This document shows, piece after piece, positions 10,984-24,647 of a DNA stretch of 64,000 bases (position 1 is its first letter; each line of letters begins with the position of its first letter). Both the position numbers and the translations under genes were made by a program. Below the pieces are notes generated by a model. That model saw only the letters and a program-made list of their open reading frames with translations. It had not been told where the DNA came from and made no database searches. Where the stretch lies: the NCBI GenBank assembly GCA_040357565.1, contig JBDODJ010000025.1; one strand, given 5' to 3'. Origin of the DNA: Cercozoa sp. M6MM (taxonomy: Eukaryota > Protista > Endomyxa: Ascetosporea).

Positions 10984-13900
10984 ATGTCACACTCACACGA
11001 AAGCTCGTTCGAGTGGCCGTCGGATGCTCGCGAGTAGAGATTTCTTTTGTTTTCAGTCTGAGGGAGTGCTGCAGTATCCAGGCGTGTGTGTGTGTCACTT
11101 TTAGGTATGAGTTGCTGCGCGAGATTGGTCGTGGCGCCACGAGTCGCGTGTTTTTGGGCCGACTGAGACACCCACCGCCCTCGATGTCGCCTCAGGAGTC
11201 CTATGCGGCAGTTAAGGTAGCCAAGTGATCTGTTTAATTTTGATCGGTCCAGTTGTACGAGAGAGTTGTGTCAGGTGGTGAATCTGGAGGAATTCGACGA
11301 TCGCGAGGCGCAGCGACTCGTGCTGGAAGTTAATCAGGTCAGTCCAGTTGAGTCCGGGTTGTGTCCAGTTTTTTGTCCTGTTGTGTCCAGTCAGTTTGTG
11401 TGTGGGTGTGGGTGTGTGTGTGGGTTGTGGACAAAGTGTGGTTTGTGTGGGCGCAGTTGAGGACACTGCAGCACAGGCACATCGTGTCGCTGCTGGCCTC
11501 GTTCGTGCAGGCCAACACGAGCGCTCTGTGGATCGTGCAGCCGTGGCACCGCGGCGGCTCGCTGCGCCGAATTCTGACGCGCGCGGCGCCGCAGGGCTTC
11601 CGCGACATCAAAGTCATCGGTTTGCCCCCACTCCTTTACCCCCTTACCCCCTTACCCCCTTACCCCCTTACCCCCTACCCCCCCCCCCCACAGGAGCAGT
11701 GCTGAAGGACTTGCTGGAGGCACTGGCGTATCTGCACGACGAGAGACACGTCGTGCACCGCGACGTCAAGGCCGACAACGCGTTTCTCGACGCCTCTGGG
11801 TCAGTTTTTGGTCTGTTTGGACGGCTTGGGTGTTTTACTTAAGGCTGCGTTGTGTAGATGCGTTTTACTGGGCGATTTCGGCGTTGCTGCCACTACGCTT
11901 GAGGGTAGCTTTACCCCCCTCCCCCTCTTACCCCTTTACTCCTTCGGTACAGGTGGACGAAGACACGTGCGCACTACATTGACTGGCACTCCTGTATACT
12001 CTCTTACCCCCTTTACCCCCTTACCCCTGTACCCCCCTATCCCTTTACCCCCTCCCCCCGTAGGCCTGGATGGCACCGGAGGTGTTCGAAGGCAAGCACG
12101 GTCCTCCCGCTGATATCTGGTACGTCTCCCCCCCTTTACCCCTACCCCCTACCCCTACCGATCGATCAGGTCGCTCGGAATCACGGCGCTCGAACTGCGA
12201 TTCGGACTGTACCCCCCTTTATCCCTACCCTTCCCCTTTACCCCCTTTACCCTGTCCCCCTCCCCTTTACCCCCCCCCCAGCCCACCGCGCGCAGCGCTG
12301 AGTGCGCCGGAGCTGATGAAAGCGGCGTTGGATTTGTCGGTGCCGCCACCGTCGGTTGACGATTTTGACGAGTCTGCCGGTACATATGGACCTCTTTGTA
12401 CTGTACAAGTGTGGACTGGACTGGACTGGACTGGACTGACGTGTAGCCACGGAGGAGAAAACGCCCAAGTCGTTTCGCGCCTTTGTGGAACAGTGTCTGC
12501 AGCGCGATCCGACGAAACGCATCTCGGCGCAGCGACTGCTGCAGCACAAGTTCCTGCGCAAGTACTGCGCCGATCGCTCTGCTGTCTGCGACTACCTGCT
12601 GCCGCGTATGCCCCCCCCCCCNNNNNNNNNNNNNNNNNNNNNNNNNNNNNNNNNNNNNNNNNNNNNNNNNNNNNNNNNNNNNNNNNNNNNNNNNNNNNNN
12701 NNNNNNNNNNNNNNNNNNNNNCCCCCCCCCCCCCCCCCGTGCGCAGTGGCCGAAGCAGCAGCGCCCAGTCAGCCGTGTATATTTTCGTTTTTTCCAAGTT
12801 TAGACAAATACAGAAAATCGTGATATGCAGTTCCGGCCGCGGACTCGGACCTCGATCTGCCCGAGTTCATGCAGGTAACTTATTCCGCCCTCCCCCTCCC
12901 CTTCCTTTAGCCCCACTCCCTCCCTGGGCAGGAGACAACGGAGAAGGCCGGTCGCTCTTGGCGGTTCTCGTCGACCGATCACCCTGTCAGTGGTCATGCT
13001 AGTGGTCACTCACACGGCGATCACAAAAAGGCACCAGTCTCGGACGACGAACGCGAGATTGGTACTTCTGATGAGTGTGCCCAACTGAACTAACTGACGG
13101 ATTGATCTAACTGTCGCACGCACAGAGAAGGAAATGCAACGCAGCCTAAATCACAGTGGAGTCGAACGCAGCCTTAAAACTCGTGAGTCCTTATCGAAAC
13201 CGCCTCGATTGCCACACGGTACACCAGTGTGGGACTGTGCTATGTGAGTGAGAATGCGATTTGAGCAGGAACTGAGCCAGATGAGACAACTGGCGAGGAC
13301 AACATCGATCTGCTCACTCGGTCAGTTTCTTTTGTGTCAGTTTTTGCGCCCTGGTTTTGCAAGCGTGTTGACACGTTGTTCTGCACCGCAGGTCACCAAT
13401 GGTCCGGCCGCCAGATGACTCGCTGGTGCGTTGCCTTGCTTCTTTTTTTGCATTTTAGTTCATCCGCGCGGAAAGCAGATCGACCCGGAAGTCTTGGCTG
13501 CGATGAAAACGATGACCCCTCCTGTACACAACAAGTCTTAGTGGCTGGGGTGTGTGTGTATTTGCAACTTTTGGCAGAAACACGCAGGTCGTTCAGTCGT
13601 CGAACGAATCAATTTGGACGGCGAAGCACAGACTGCAGCTTCGTCTCAATCGGTATTGTGTGTGTTTTCTGTCTTTCTTTTCTGCTAACTATGTCTTATG
13701 CTTTCTCGCAGAAGCGAACAGTTACCAGGATAGGACGTTTCGAGGTGCTCGAAGAGCCGCCGGTATTTTTCGTTTTCGGCTTTTTGCGGCACGTCGCTGA
13801 AAAAATAATCTGTTCTTGGACAGAGCAAGGCCACCAAATCGGTGCCCGTTCCGCATGCGCGGTCTGACGTGTTGCTAGGCTCCGGGTAAACCATTTTGGA

Positions 13901-14665
13901 CCGCTTTGGCCACTTTGGGCCGGGTCAGCCGCAATAGTGCGATTTTTGCCAAAACAGCAGCTTGGGCCCGGTTTCGGCGCCGGCCAGTCGCAGTGGCAGC
14001 AGTTTCGCGCTGCCCTCGCTCCGATCACTCGATTTGCAAGTACAGCAGAGCTTTTTGCAAGTTGATTGGTTTGTCTTGGAATGATAAAAAACAAATCGTG
14101 TTGTGCAGGGCCTGTCACATAACACGCGGCAATGGAGTGTCGAGGACGTTGGCAAGTGGCTGTGTGCACTGGGCAAGGCGTTTGCAGCCTACGTGCCGGC
14201 CTTTGAGGACAGGTGTGTTTTGCTGTGATTGTTTTCTGTGACGATGTGTGCTTGCTGCTTGGTGGTGCAGTGGCGTGGACGGCGAGGTGCTCATGGACAT
14301 GGACGACGCGATGCTGCAGGAACTCGATGTGAGCAAGCGCGTTCACCGTGTCAAGATCCTCAAGGTGCTGGACAAGATGCGCGACGTTGCTTTCTTTGCC
14401 GATACCATTGCGGCGTCGCCGTCGCCCGACGTTCGCTCGCTGCGGCAGCAGCAGCAACTGCACTCGCACACGTCGCACTCGCGGCCATCCCACGAGCATT
14501 CTTTTGTGGACGAGCCGCTGACCACGTTGAGTGATGTATGCTCGGTCGCTTCGCAGGTACCTTTGTTCTCAAGTTGAACTGCCAGATCAGAAGCTTCGAA
14601 CTGACAACTTGCTTGCGCAGTCCTCGGCCGACTCTGGCGCGCGGCGACACAACTCCGTCGCCTAG
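10984..14665 (+). CDS. STE20-family (OSR1/SPAK/Fray-like) Ser/Thr kinase with C-terminal SAM domain
   Basis: WPSDAREYELLREIGRGATSRV, AVK, HRDVKADN, DFG, TGTPAWMAPE, DIWSLGIT, CLQRDPTKRISAQRLL. Small exons continue to RIGRFEV and SAM-like WSVEDVGKWL..VDGEVLMDMDDAMLQELDVSKRVHRVKIL. The N gap at 12622-12721 makes the join partly inferred. Confidence 0.8.
11620..12281 (+). repeat. Degenerate (TTACCCC)n C-rich repeats filling successive introns
   Basis: Runs such as TTTACCCCTTACCCCCTTACCCCC in introns at about 11620-11690, 11908-11945, 11994-12060, 12121-12160 and 12209-12280. Confidence 0.85.
12622..12721. other. Assembly gap (100 N) between poly-C tracts
   Basis: N run. Confidence 0.99.
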
Positions 14666-15064
14666 CTAGTTTCGGTCGCTGAGCCACGCCACACGCACGG
14701 CGCGGCGTTAGTCGGCTTTAAATTTTAGTTTCTACCACTATTTTCTCAGCTAGTGATCACTTTATTCCCTCCTTGCGTTTCACTGCATCAAGTGCTCCAT
14801 ATCGTCACGCAACATGAAGCCTTGAGCAAGCTTTTGCAGCTGAACTCACGCTGCTGAGCGCACAGTCAGCTCTCACCTTCGTCGGTGACAAGACGATGAT
14901 GCGTATCGGATTTATAGTAAACTTGTGGGAACGTGAGGATGGTAGGACACACACAAACTCTCTCATTAATGAAGGGGCGCACAGGCGCGAGTTGCGTTGC
15001 CGTGGACGGCAGTGTACTCGGCCGTGCAAAGAAGAGGCGCGAAGAAGCGTCGGTCGAACTCGAC

Positions 15065-15673
15065 TTACTCCTGCTCGCGCTTGGCCTTGGCTGCACATGG
15101 GGATTTACTCGTGCGACACAGAAATAGATAGAACATGGGCGTAATACCAGCCTCGCGACGGGCGCGCTTGGCGGCAGCACGGGCCTTGCGGGCACGGGCC
15201 TGCTCCTGCAGCTTGTCGAGACGGATCTTCTCGGCCTTGCGCTTGAAGACCTCCTCCTGCAGCACGCGCTTGTTCTTGAAGACGTTACCCTTGACCTTGA
15301 GGTAGAGCTCCTGGTGCATGTGCTTGTCGATCTTGTTCTGCTCGCGGTACTTTTTGAGCAGGCGACGCAGGACGCGCATGCGGCGCATGAACAGCACCTT
15401 CGTCGGCATGCGGGCAGTGGCGGCACCCTCGCGGTTGCCGGCGCCCTTACCGCGGCCCTTGGCGAGCTTCTCGGCGCGAGCCTTGGCACGAGCACGCGAG
15501 TGCACGGCAACAGCCTTCTTGATGATGAGACCGTCCTTCATCAGCTTCTTGATCGACTGGCGCGACGACGCCATGGCGATCTCCGAGGCCTCAGTCGGGT
15601 CGAGCCAGATGCGGCGCTCACCGCAGCCGGCGATCTTCGCAGCGAGCTTCTTCTGGACGCGCAGGTTCACCAT
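15065..15673 (-). CDS. RPL19: 60S ribosomal protein L19 (eL19)
   Basis: [62 protein letters not shown]. One in-frame GT-AG intron near the 3' end. High GC3. Confidence 0.98.
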   Translation of the reverse strand: MVNLRVQKKLAAKIAGCGERRIWLDPTEASEIAMASSRQSIKKLMKDGLIIKKAVAVHSRARAKARAEKLAKGRGKGAGNREGAATARMPTKVLFMRRMRVLRRLLKKYREQNKIDKHMHQELYLKVKGNVFKNKRVLQEEVFKRKAEKIRLDKLQEQARARKARAAAKRARREAGITPMFYLFLCRTSKSPCAAKAKREQE

Positions 15674-16059
15674 CTGCACACGCACACAAACACAGTGTTA
15701 TAGCACAGAAAACACACCCCGCAGATTTCTCAACACAGCCACAGAGTGAGCAAAAGTGCATCAAAAGCACATTCCAACACCAGAAACACTGTACGCACCG
15801 CTCAGACCCGTACAGCCGTGCGCAGCGCGAAAATCCGGCCAAACGCCAAAATTTGTACTCGCGCCGCGCCGACCGCACATCAGAGCATAGATGCATTCGG
15901 GATGATGTCTCGACGTACCTTAAGTTCCACAAGCAAATATGGTTGTAGAAATTTTTAAAAAATTTCAAAAAATCCTGGAGCGCTGCCGATCGCGATCGTT
16001 CTGGGTTGCTCTCTAAGAGCAGCTAAGAGCAGCAACTGTGTGCGTGAGTGGATCCTAGC

Positions 16060-18558
<2,499 letters not shown>

Positions 18559-18715
18559 AGTACGAGTGCTCGCGTCGTGCTCGATCGCTGGAACAGAAAC
18601 TTGGCAGCGCAACCGCTGGACCGCACTCTGACGTGACTGGCATTGACGTCACGTCATCTGAATCGTTCCAAGGCCCACTGACCTTATTCAGTTAAATTAA
18701 AACAAAATCGAATTG

Positions 18716-18734
18716 AACTGACGCGGATTTAACG
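18716..18734 (+). repeat. Left target-site duplication (19 bp)
   Basis: Identical to 24648-24666. Confidence 0.9.
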
Positions 18735-19765
18735 TAACAACTGACAATAGGGGCCAGGTCCAATCCATCACGGAGCCAATGCGAACGAATGCACAAAAAC
18801 TGATAGAAAAAGCAAAGCAGAAGATTACATTCAACAAGAGAATAGCCTGCCCCGTGGTGACCAACATGACGAACAGAGGCACAAGCCGAGTGGCAGGTGG
18901 CTTCTACGTCACTGGCATCCAAATTGGAAACGTAGAACCCACCTATCCACCCATGTATATCAAAGATTGTACCACTACCCCCATACCCCTCCAGACCCGA
19001 AACTTCAAGGTGAAACTCACGGATGAAAGACTTGGACGAGTCCGCAGGACCGAAACACTGACATTCAAGCTCCTGGAGACCGAACAAGACTTGGCGAAAG
19101 CACAAACGCCCCTACTCGCAGGCGAAACACTACCGCTAGACTTCACCTCAAAAGAAGCCACAAGCTTGACGAAACTCGCACAAGAGATCTTCGAACAAGC
19201 AGAAAAAGAACGAACCGAAAAGAAACGCCCCAACATCCTGAGCCTGGCCCCGACCAGTCTGTACGACACTCAAGAACCGAGCGAACACGACCAACACCCA
19301 CAAACACAAGAACATCCCACACCCAACACCGCGCTGCCCACTAGCGCACTCCAAACAGAAATGCAACAAAGCACAATGAACGAAATACTCAACCAGGTAA
19401 CCACAAAAAGGAAACACACTCCCCATGCCACAGATCCAGAAATACACTCCTTAAACGTAGCTCAAGGAGATGAGGAACGAAATCTTCGACCTACACATGA
19501 GAATGGGAGAACTCGAACAAGCCGAACACGCAGGTCGCAAGAGAACGAGGAACGAGGCACAACAAGACATCGAACACCACGAAACAGACCCACCACCACC
19601 GAAACGCAACCTGAGCAATATCTCGATGAGCGACATGCGCCGCTCGCTCCCACTAAGAACCGACATGTCACCGAACCAACCGGAAGAGAACCATTTGGGC
19701 TAAACCCGCCAACTAGGCACAACCTGCAAAACCACTACCAAAAATACACCCCAAGTGATGGTTAG
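18735..19765 (+). CDS. LINE ORF1 (5'-truncated, probable frameshift near 19460)
   Basis: Frame is open from the TSD junction to TAG 19765 (first ATG at 18779). No CCHC knuckle visible. The alternative frame 19461-19703 reads as a coiled coil. Confidence 0.7.
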
Positions 19766-22700
19766 AATAGGAGAAAAACGCAACAGAGCCTTGGCTGATA
19801 TACAAGGAGCAGAGAGCGTAAACAACCGCAATAAAAGAACAAGACACGCAGAAAATATCAGAGAAGAGAGAGACCACCCAAACGACGAGATCGAGATACC
19901 AGGTATGAGAGAGATTGGAATAGAAACCTATGAGAGTGATGACAACAATGACAACGATCGTCACATTGATGAGATAGTTATACCCGACATGAGAGAAATA
20001 GGCCTAGAAGCATACATGATAGAACAAGAAGAAATCCTGGAACCTGAGACAGGACAGAAAAGAATAAAAGAACTGTACGAACGCGCAGACAAACGAGTTA
20101 AGCACAGGTGCACCGCAAGACGCACACTCAACGGGGCAATAATACAGCAGGCCTTCAGGCGGGCAAAGATCGGGGCCCTACAGAACCACGCTGAAAAAAG
20201 TACGAAACTACGCATCCTACACCAAAACGTGAACACCTTCAACAAGGAAAAACAACAAGAACTATTGAGCAGCATATACTGCCTACAACCCGAAGAAAGG
20301 CCGGACATCGTATGCTTAAGTGAAACCAGACACAACAACCCACCGCAAAGACTAAACGAATACGCACTGGTCGCCTCCATCGCGCCAAAACTATCCAAAG
20401 AAGACAACAAGACACTCCGAGAAGGCACACTGATATACAGCAAACACAAAGCACTGCTACACATTGTTGGTGCCTGGAACCCAGCAACATCCTCATACAT
20501 CCACCTAAGAGTGGGACAACATAAGAGAACGAGATTCCATCTATGGTACGCTTACATCCACCCAACCGACAGAAACTGCAAGGAACAAATGCAGCAACTG
20601 ACAACTGACTTCAAGGAATTCCACAGCAGAACACAGGAGCCTGGTCTCATTCTTGGCGACCTCAATGCAAAACACGCCAAGTGGTGTGCACATACCAGAG
20701 ATCAAGCTGGATACTCCCAGGAACACGTAGACAACGGTACTACGAGAACCACATCTGCGCGGGCGAACAAGCAAGGCATTGCCCTACAAGAAGCAATAGC
20801 TGAAAATGACTGGGAGATACTCAACAAATACACTCCAACCCACAGCTACAGAGTCCGAGGAGAGGCAGAGGCCAAGCCCAGAACAACGATAGACCTCGCG
20901 ATAGCTGACAGTGTCATCTCAGCACAATCTACAATATCGGTCTACGATCACCTGCACTTCCTATACAGCGACCACCACGCTGTTATGGTCACAGTAGAAC
21001 GAGCAGTGCGTAAACCAAAACACACCATACGGAGAAAGAACTACAAGAAGATAGACCTCCAAAAATACAAAGAACATGAATCGATTCGACTGCTATCACA
21101 AGAGAGAGATGTGGACAACATCGAGCAAATCAATGACACAGTCGAAGACATCACCAAAGCCATGCAGGAAGCCATAGAAGAGGCAACACCCACCAAAATA
21201 ATCACCCAACACTCTTGCCTAGGCATATCGGTCGACTCGATAAAAATCAAGAGGAACACATATAGCACCATGAAACTCATTAAGGAACTGAAAAACAAAA
21301 ATGAAGATGCGTCTGAACTCGAAGCACTCCTCAAAAACATGAGAAAACAACTCAGACAAAGCCTTCGCATTGATAGACAAGCACTATGGCAGGAGAGAGT
21401 GGCCAGACTAAACGCACACACAACAATTGGGGAGACCACTCGACTACTGAGAAACATCAATGACAGAGAAACAAATGGCGCTACCAGAGCCTCAACAATT
21501 GAGGGTGCCTCAGAAGACAAAGCCATCGCAGAGATCTTTGCAGAACACTTACAAAAGAAAACCACACTAGACTGGTCCCAATTCGCAATGTACAATGAAG
21601 TACTCGGAGAGAACAGATTTGCACAACAACACCAAGAGGTGTTACAACAAGCAGCACAACTGCAACAAGCACCAAAACTATGGACGATGGACGAACTGGA
21701 AGCTGCAATCAACACTCTTCCGCCATTCAAGGCACCTGGCAGAGACAAAATCATGAACCACCACATCATACACCTACCAGATGAGACCAAACAACTGCTA
21801 CTGAAGGTCTACAATGCCTGTCTCACACATGGGTACTTCCCGAAGGCATGGAAACACGCAACTATAGTGATGCTACCCAAGCCTGGCAAGGACTGTACAA
21901 AGGCAGCTTCCTACCGACCCATCTCGCTGCTGCCGTGCCTCGGCAAGCTACTGGACAAACTCATGAACGAGAGAGCATCCCAACAAATGAACACACAGTA
22001 TGTATCCAAGTACCAATCTGGGTGGAAACAACACATGTCAACGCTGGACACACTGGCTTACATACAACAGCAGGCAGAAATGGCAAAGAGAGCAGGTGAG
22101 TACATGACAGTCATTAGTCTAGACATCAAAGGCTTCTTCGACAAGCTCCACAAAGAGGGCGCAATCATTGCCCTGTCTAAACATGTGAATGGCGAAGAAC
22201 TGCTACTCATGGAGTCCTTCCTCTCAGACAGAACTATCTCGGTGAGAAGAAACGACACCGAATCAACAGACAAACAAGTCAACGGCAGTACTCCCCAAGG
22301 GGCCATCTGCAGCCCTCTACTCGCAAAGACCTTCCTCGATGACATGCACATACAACTGCAAAGAACAGGAGAACACATGAAACGACACCCCCGAAACTAT
22401 AAAATTAAAGGAGCAGTAACCACTGCACACAGTGTCGGATACGCCGATGACTCATACGTCATAGTAAGGACAACAAAGAGATCAGACATGCAGGAAGCGT
22501 GTAGGCGCCTCCTGGACACAGCCACCACCTGGGCAAAACGCAACGGCATGGAATTTGCACCCACAAAGACTCAGTTCATCCAACTGGGAAAGAAGACTAT
22601 CAGAGACCTCAAAATCAGAATGAAAACACTGTCCCACGGCAACGAGAGAGAAGACATCGAGGAAGTAGACAAAATGAGAATCTTAGGTCTCCTCATAGAC

Positions 22701-24347
22701 AGAAACCTGTCGTACGAGGCGCACGCAGAGCAACTACACCACAAAATCACTCGGAGGATCAACACACTGAAAAGACTGATATACACGAGGTCTGGACTCA
22801 CACAATACCTAGCGGTACAGATCTACAAAGCATGGATACTGTCATGCGCTCGATACGGCATCGCGCTCTGGTGGCACAAAATAGGCAGCACAAAATGGAG
22901 GAGAAAACTCGAAATAACACAACGCACCGCCCTGAGGATCTGCATGAGACTACCCACGAGCTCTCCCAACGAGGCAGTGTACACCATCACCGACACAGGA
23001 ACAATCGAAGAGATGGCAGAACGAGCAGAAGCGACAGAACTAATCAATCACTACGCTAAAGAGAGCACACTGTGTCTACAAACTGACACCACACCAATTT
23101 CCGCTTGGAGAAGAGCAGCCACAAACCGCAAGATCACCGACGCTGAACTGAGCGAAATACCACAAAGAAGGAGAAAGATGCTCGGAAGGATCATCAAGAC
23201 AGTGAACAGACCCAGAGAACACGAGACATGGTCAATACGGAAAATGGATGCTGAACACCACAAGCACAAGTGGCTCCAACTGATACGTGACCTCTCGAAC
23301 AGAGCAGAGATACAACAAGTGTACGCAACTGACGGCAGCCTTGCCGGAAGCGAAGCAGGCTACGGCTGGACATCAGGAAAACCAGTCAATGGAAGGCTAA
23401 GGTCTGGCAATGGAAAAATCACCAACGCGACTATCTATGATGCAGAAAGAGTTGCCATAATGCAATGCATCAAACACGCTAAAGAAAAAGGAGAAACCCG
23501 TATCGCACTCCTGATTGACAATAAAGGAACGATCTTGCACCTGACAACACCTCAAAAAACAGAGATGGATGAGATTGATGCACAATTGAAAGAACTAACA
23601 AAGGACATGCACATCACGGTACACTGGGTACCATCACACATCGACATTCACCTCAACGAACTAGCAGACAAAGAAGCAAAGAAAGGAAGGAACAACCACA
23701 ACAGGAGAAACTGGATCAAAATAAACAAAGACCACAAGAAACTGAAAAAGCAGACCCGAAACAGCAAAAACAATGAACCGCAACGCCCTCTCAGAAGGGC
23801 CAGAGCCAGAGCTCTACAGAAAACACACGTCAGAAGCCCCTGGAAACATATCAGGAACTCAAACAAACTCCTCAGAATAGCCAAAGAGCGCAAACTCAGC
23901 ATCGCAGACATCCGCACACTCTCAAGATTCCTCTGCAACAGACTTGGAAGCTTCAAGTACTACAACTACGCCCAAATACCACGAAAGTGCAATGAATGCA
24001 ATGCCAGAGGCAGACTCAGGACTCCCAACTGCAAGGGATGCAAACAAAGACTACAAAAACGGGAAGTAAGCGAGTGCCCCGACTGCGCGGGTACCTGGGA
24101 AAATGCAGAAGACACTCTCGACACGTACCACCGATTGCTGGAATGCAAGGTAACGGAAGCTATCAGAAACAACACCAATGCGGCTCAGTGGCGCACAATT
24201 GAAGACATACTGGCCAACCCTGAGAACCTAGCAACACTCAACAGAATGCATCAAGGCACCAAGATCTCCTGGGACGAGGAAGCAACTGTCGAAGGACAAC
24301 TAGCCTCCCAGCAGGCACCGGACCGAGAGGTCCCCGACATAGACTAG
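19758..24347 (+). CDS. LINE ORF2: AP endonuclease, reverse transcriptase, RNase H, zinc finger
   Basis: APE: HQNVN, CLSET, GDLNAKH, TIDL, SDHH. RT: KAPGRD, YRPISLL, LDIKGFFD, PQGAICSP, YADD. RNase H: TDGS, DAE, IDN, WVPSH, NELAD. C-terminal CPDC..HRLLEC. Confidence 0.97.
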   Translation: MVRIGEKRNRALADIQGAESVNNRNKRTRHAENIREERDHPNDEIEIPGMREIGIETYESDDNNDNDRHIDEIVIPDMREIGLEAYMIEQEEILEPETGQKRIKELYERADKRVKHRCTARRTLNGAIIQQAFRRAKIGALQNHAEKSTKLRILHQNVNTFNKEKQQELLSSIYCLQPEERPDIVCLSETRHNNPPQRLNEYALVASIAPKLSKEDNKTLREGTLIYSKHKALLHIVGAWNPATSSYIHLRVGQHKRTRFHLWYAYIHPTDRNCKEQMQQLTTDFKEFHSRTQEPGLILGDLNAKHAKWCAHTRDQAGYSQEHVDNGTTRTTSARANKQGIALQEAIAENDWEILNKYTPTHSYRVRGEAEAKPRTTIDLAIADSVISAQSTISVYDHLHFLYSDHHAVMVTVERAVRKPKHTIRRKNYKKIDLQKYKEHESIRLLSQERDVDNIEQINDTVEDITKAMQEAIEEATPTKIITQHSCLGISVDSIKIKRNTYSTMKLIKELKNKNEDASELEALLKNMRKQLRQSLRIDRQALWQERVARLNAHTTIGETTRLLRNINDRETNGATRASTIEGASEDKAIAEIFAEHLQKKTTLDWSQFAMYNEVLGENRFAQQHQEVLQQAAQLQQAPKLWTMDELEAAINTLPPFKAPGRDKIMNHHIIHLPDETKQLLLKVYNACLTHGYFPKAWKHATIVMLPKPGKDCTKAASYRPISLLPCLGKLLDKLMNERASQQMNTQYVSKYQSGWKQHMSTLDTLAYIQQQAEMAKRAGEYMTVISLDIKGFFDKLHKEGAIIALSKHVNGEELLLMESFLSDRTISVRRNDTESTDKQVNGSTPQGAICSPLLAKTFLDDMHIQLQRTGEHMKRHPRNYKIKGAVTTAHSVGYADDSYVIVRTTKRSDMQEACRRLLDTATTWAKRNGMEFAPTKTQFIQLGKKTIRDLKIRMKTLSHGNEREDIEEVDKMRILGLLIDRNLSYEAHAEQLHHKITRRINTLKRLIYTRSGLTQYLAVQIYKAWILSCARYGIALWWHKIGSTKWRRKLEITQRTALRICMRLPTSSPNEAVYTITDTGTIEEMAERAEATELINHYAKESTLCLQTDTTPISAWRRAATNRKITDAELSEIPQRRRKMLGRIIKTVNRPREHETWSIRKMDAEHHKHKWLQLIRDLSNRAEIQQVYATDGSLAGSEAGYGWTSGKPVNGRLRSGNGKITNATIYDAERVAIMQCIKHAKEKGETRIALLIDNKGTILHLTTPQKTEMDEIDAQLKELTKDMHITVHWVPSHIDIHLNELADKEAKKGRNNHNRRNWIKINKDHKKLKKQTRNSKNNEPQRPLRRARARALQKTHVRSPWKHIRNSNKLLRIAKERKLSIADIRTLSRFLCNRLGSFKYYNYAQIPRKCNECNARGRLRTPNCKGCKQRLQKREVSECPDCAGTWENAEDTLDTYHRLLECKVTEAIRNNTNAAQWRTIEDILANPENLATLNRMHQGTKISWDEEATVEGQLASQQAPDREVPDID

Positions 24348-24647
24348 GCCACCACTCACAGCAGTGGTGGCCCTAAGTCTATGTCCGTTTGTTTGTTTTG
24401 TTTAGGTATCGAGTGGAGAGACGGGAGGACGACGACGGGACGACCCGACGCCGCCTGCGACGCCTCTCTACTTGTAGCCCGCTACCTGCACCAACCATGA
24501 AGTCGACTTCGATGTCTGGGGAACGTCAAAAGGGGAGCTGCATGGTCCTACCCTAAGCGGGCGGTAGACACGGCCATGCTCTTGTGACCCACCCCAGACT
24601 GGTGCAGGGGAACTACGTAGTTGGTTTCCTAGAAGACTCAACTAACT

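Larger units (their letters stand above)
18735..24647 (+). mobile_element. Non-LTR retrotransposon (APE-type LINE with RNase H, I-group-like), 5'-truncated
   Basis: Intronless, A/C-rich 5.9-kb block with ORF1 and ORF2. Perfect TSD AACTGACGCGGATTTAACG at 18716-18734 and 24648-24666. (AACT)n tail. Confidence 0.95.

Noticed and set aside
19961-24178. Multiple antisense ORFs inside the LINE
   Set aside because: Expected shadows of the T-poor sense strand, with no motifs.
24548-24566. CCCTAAGCG resembling a pistol ribozyme or telomerase template
   Set aside because: The required pseudoknot partner and the other conserved elements are not evident, and the match is too short.
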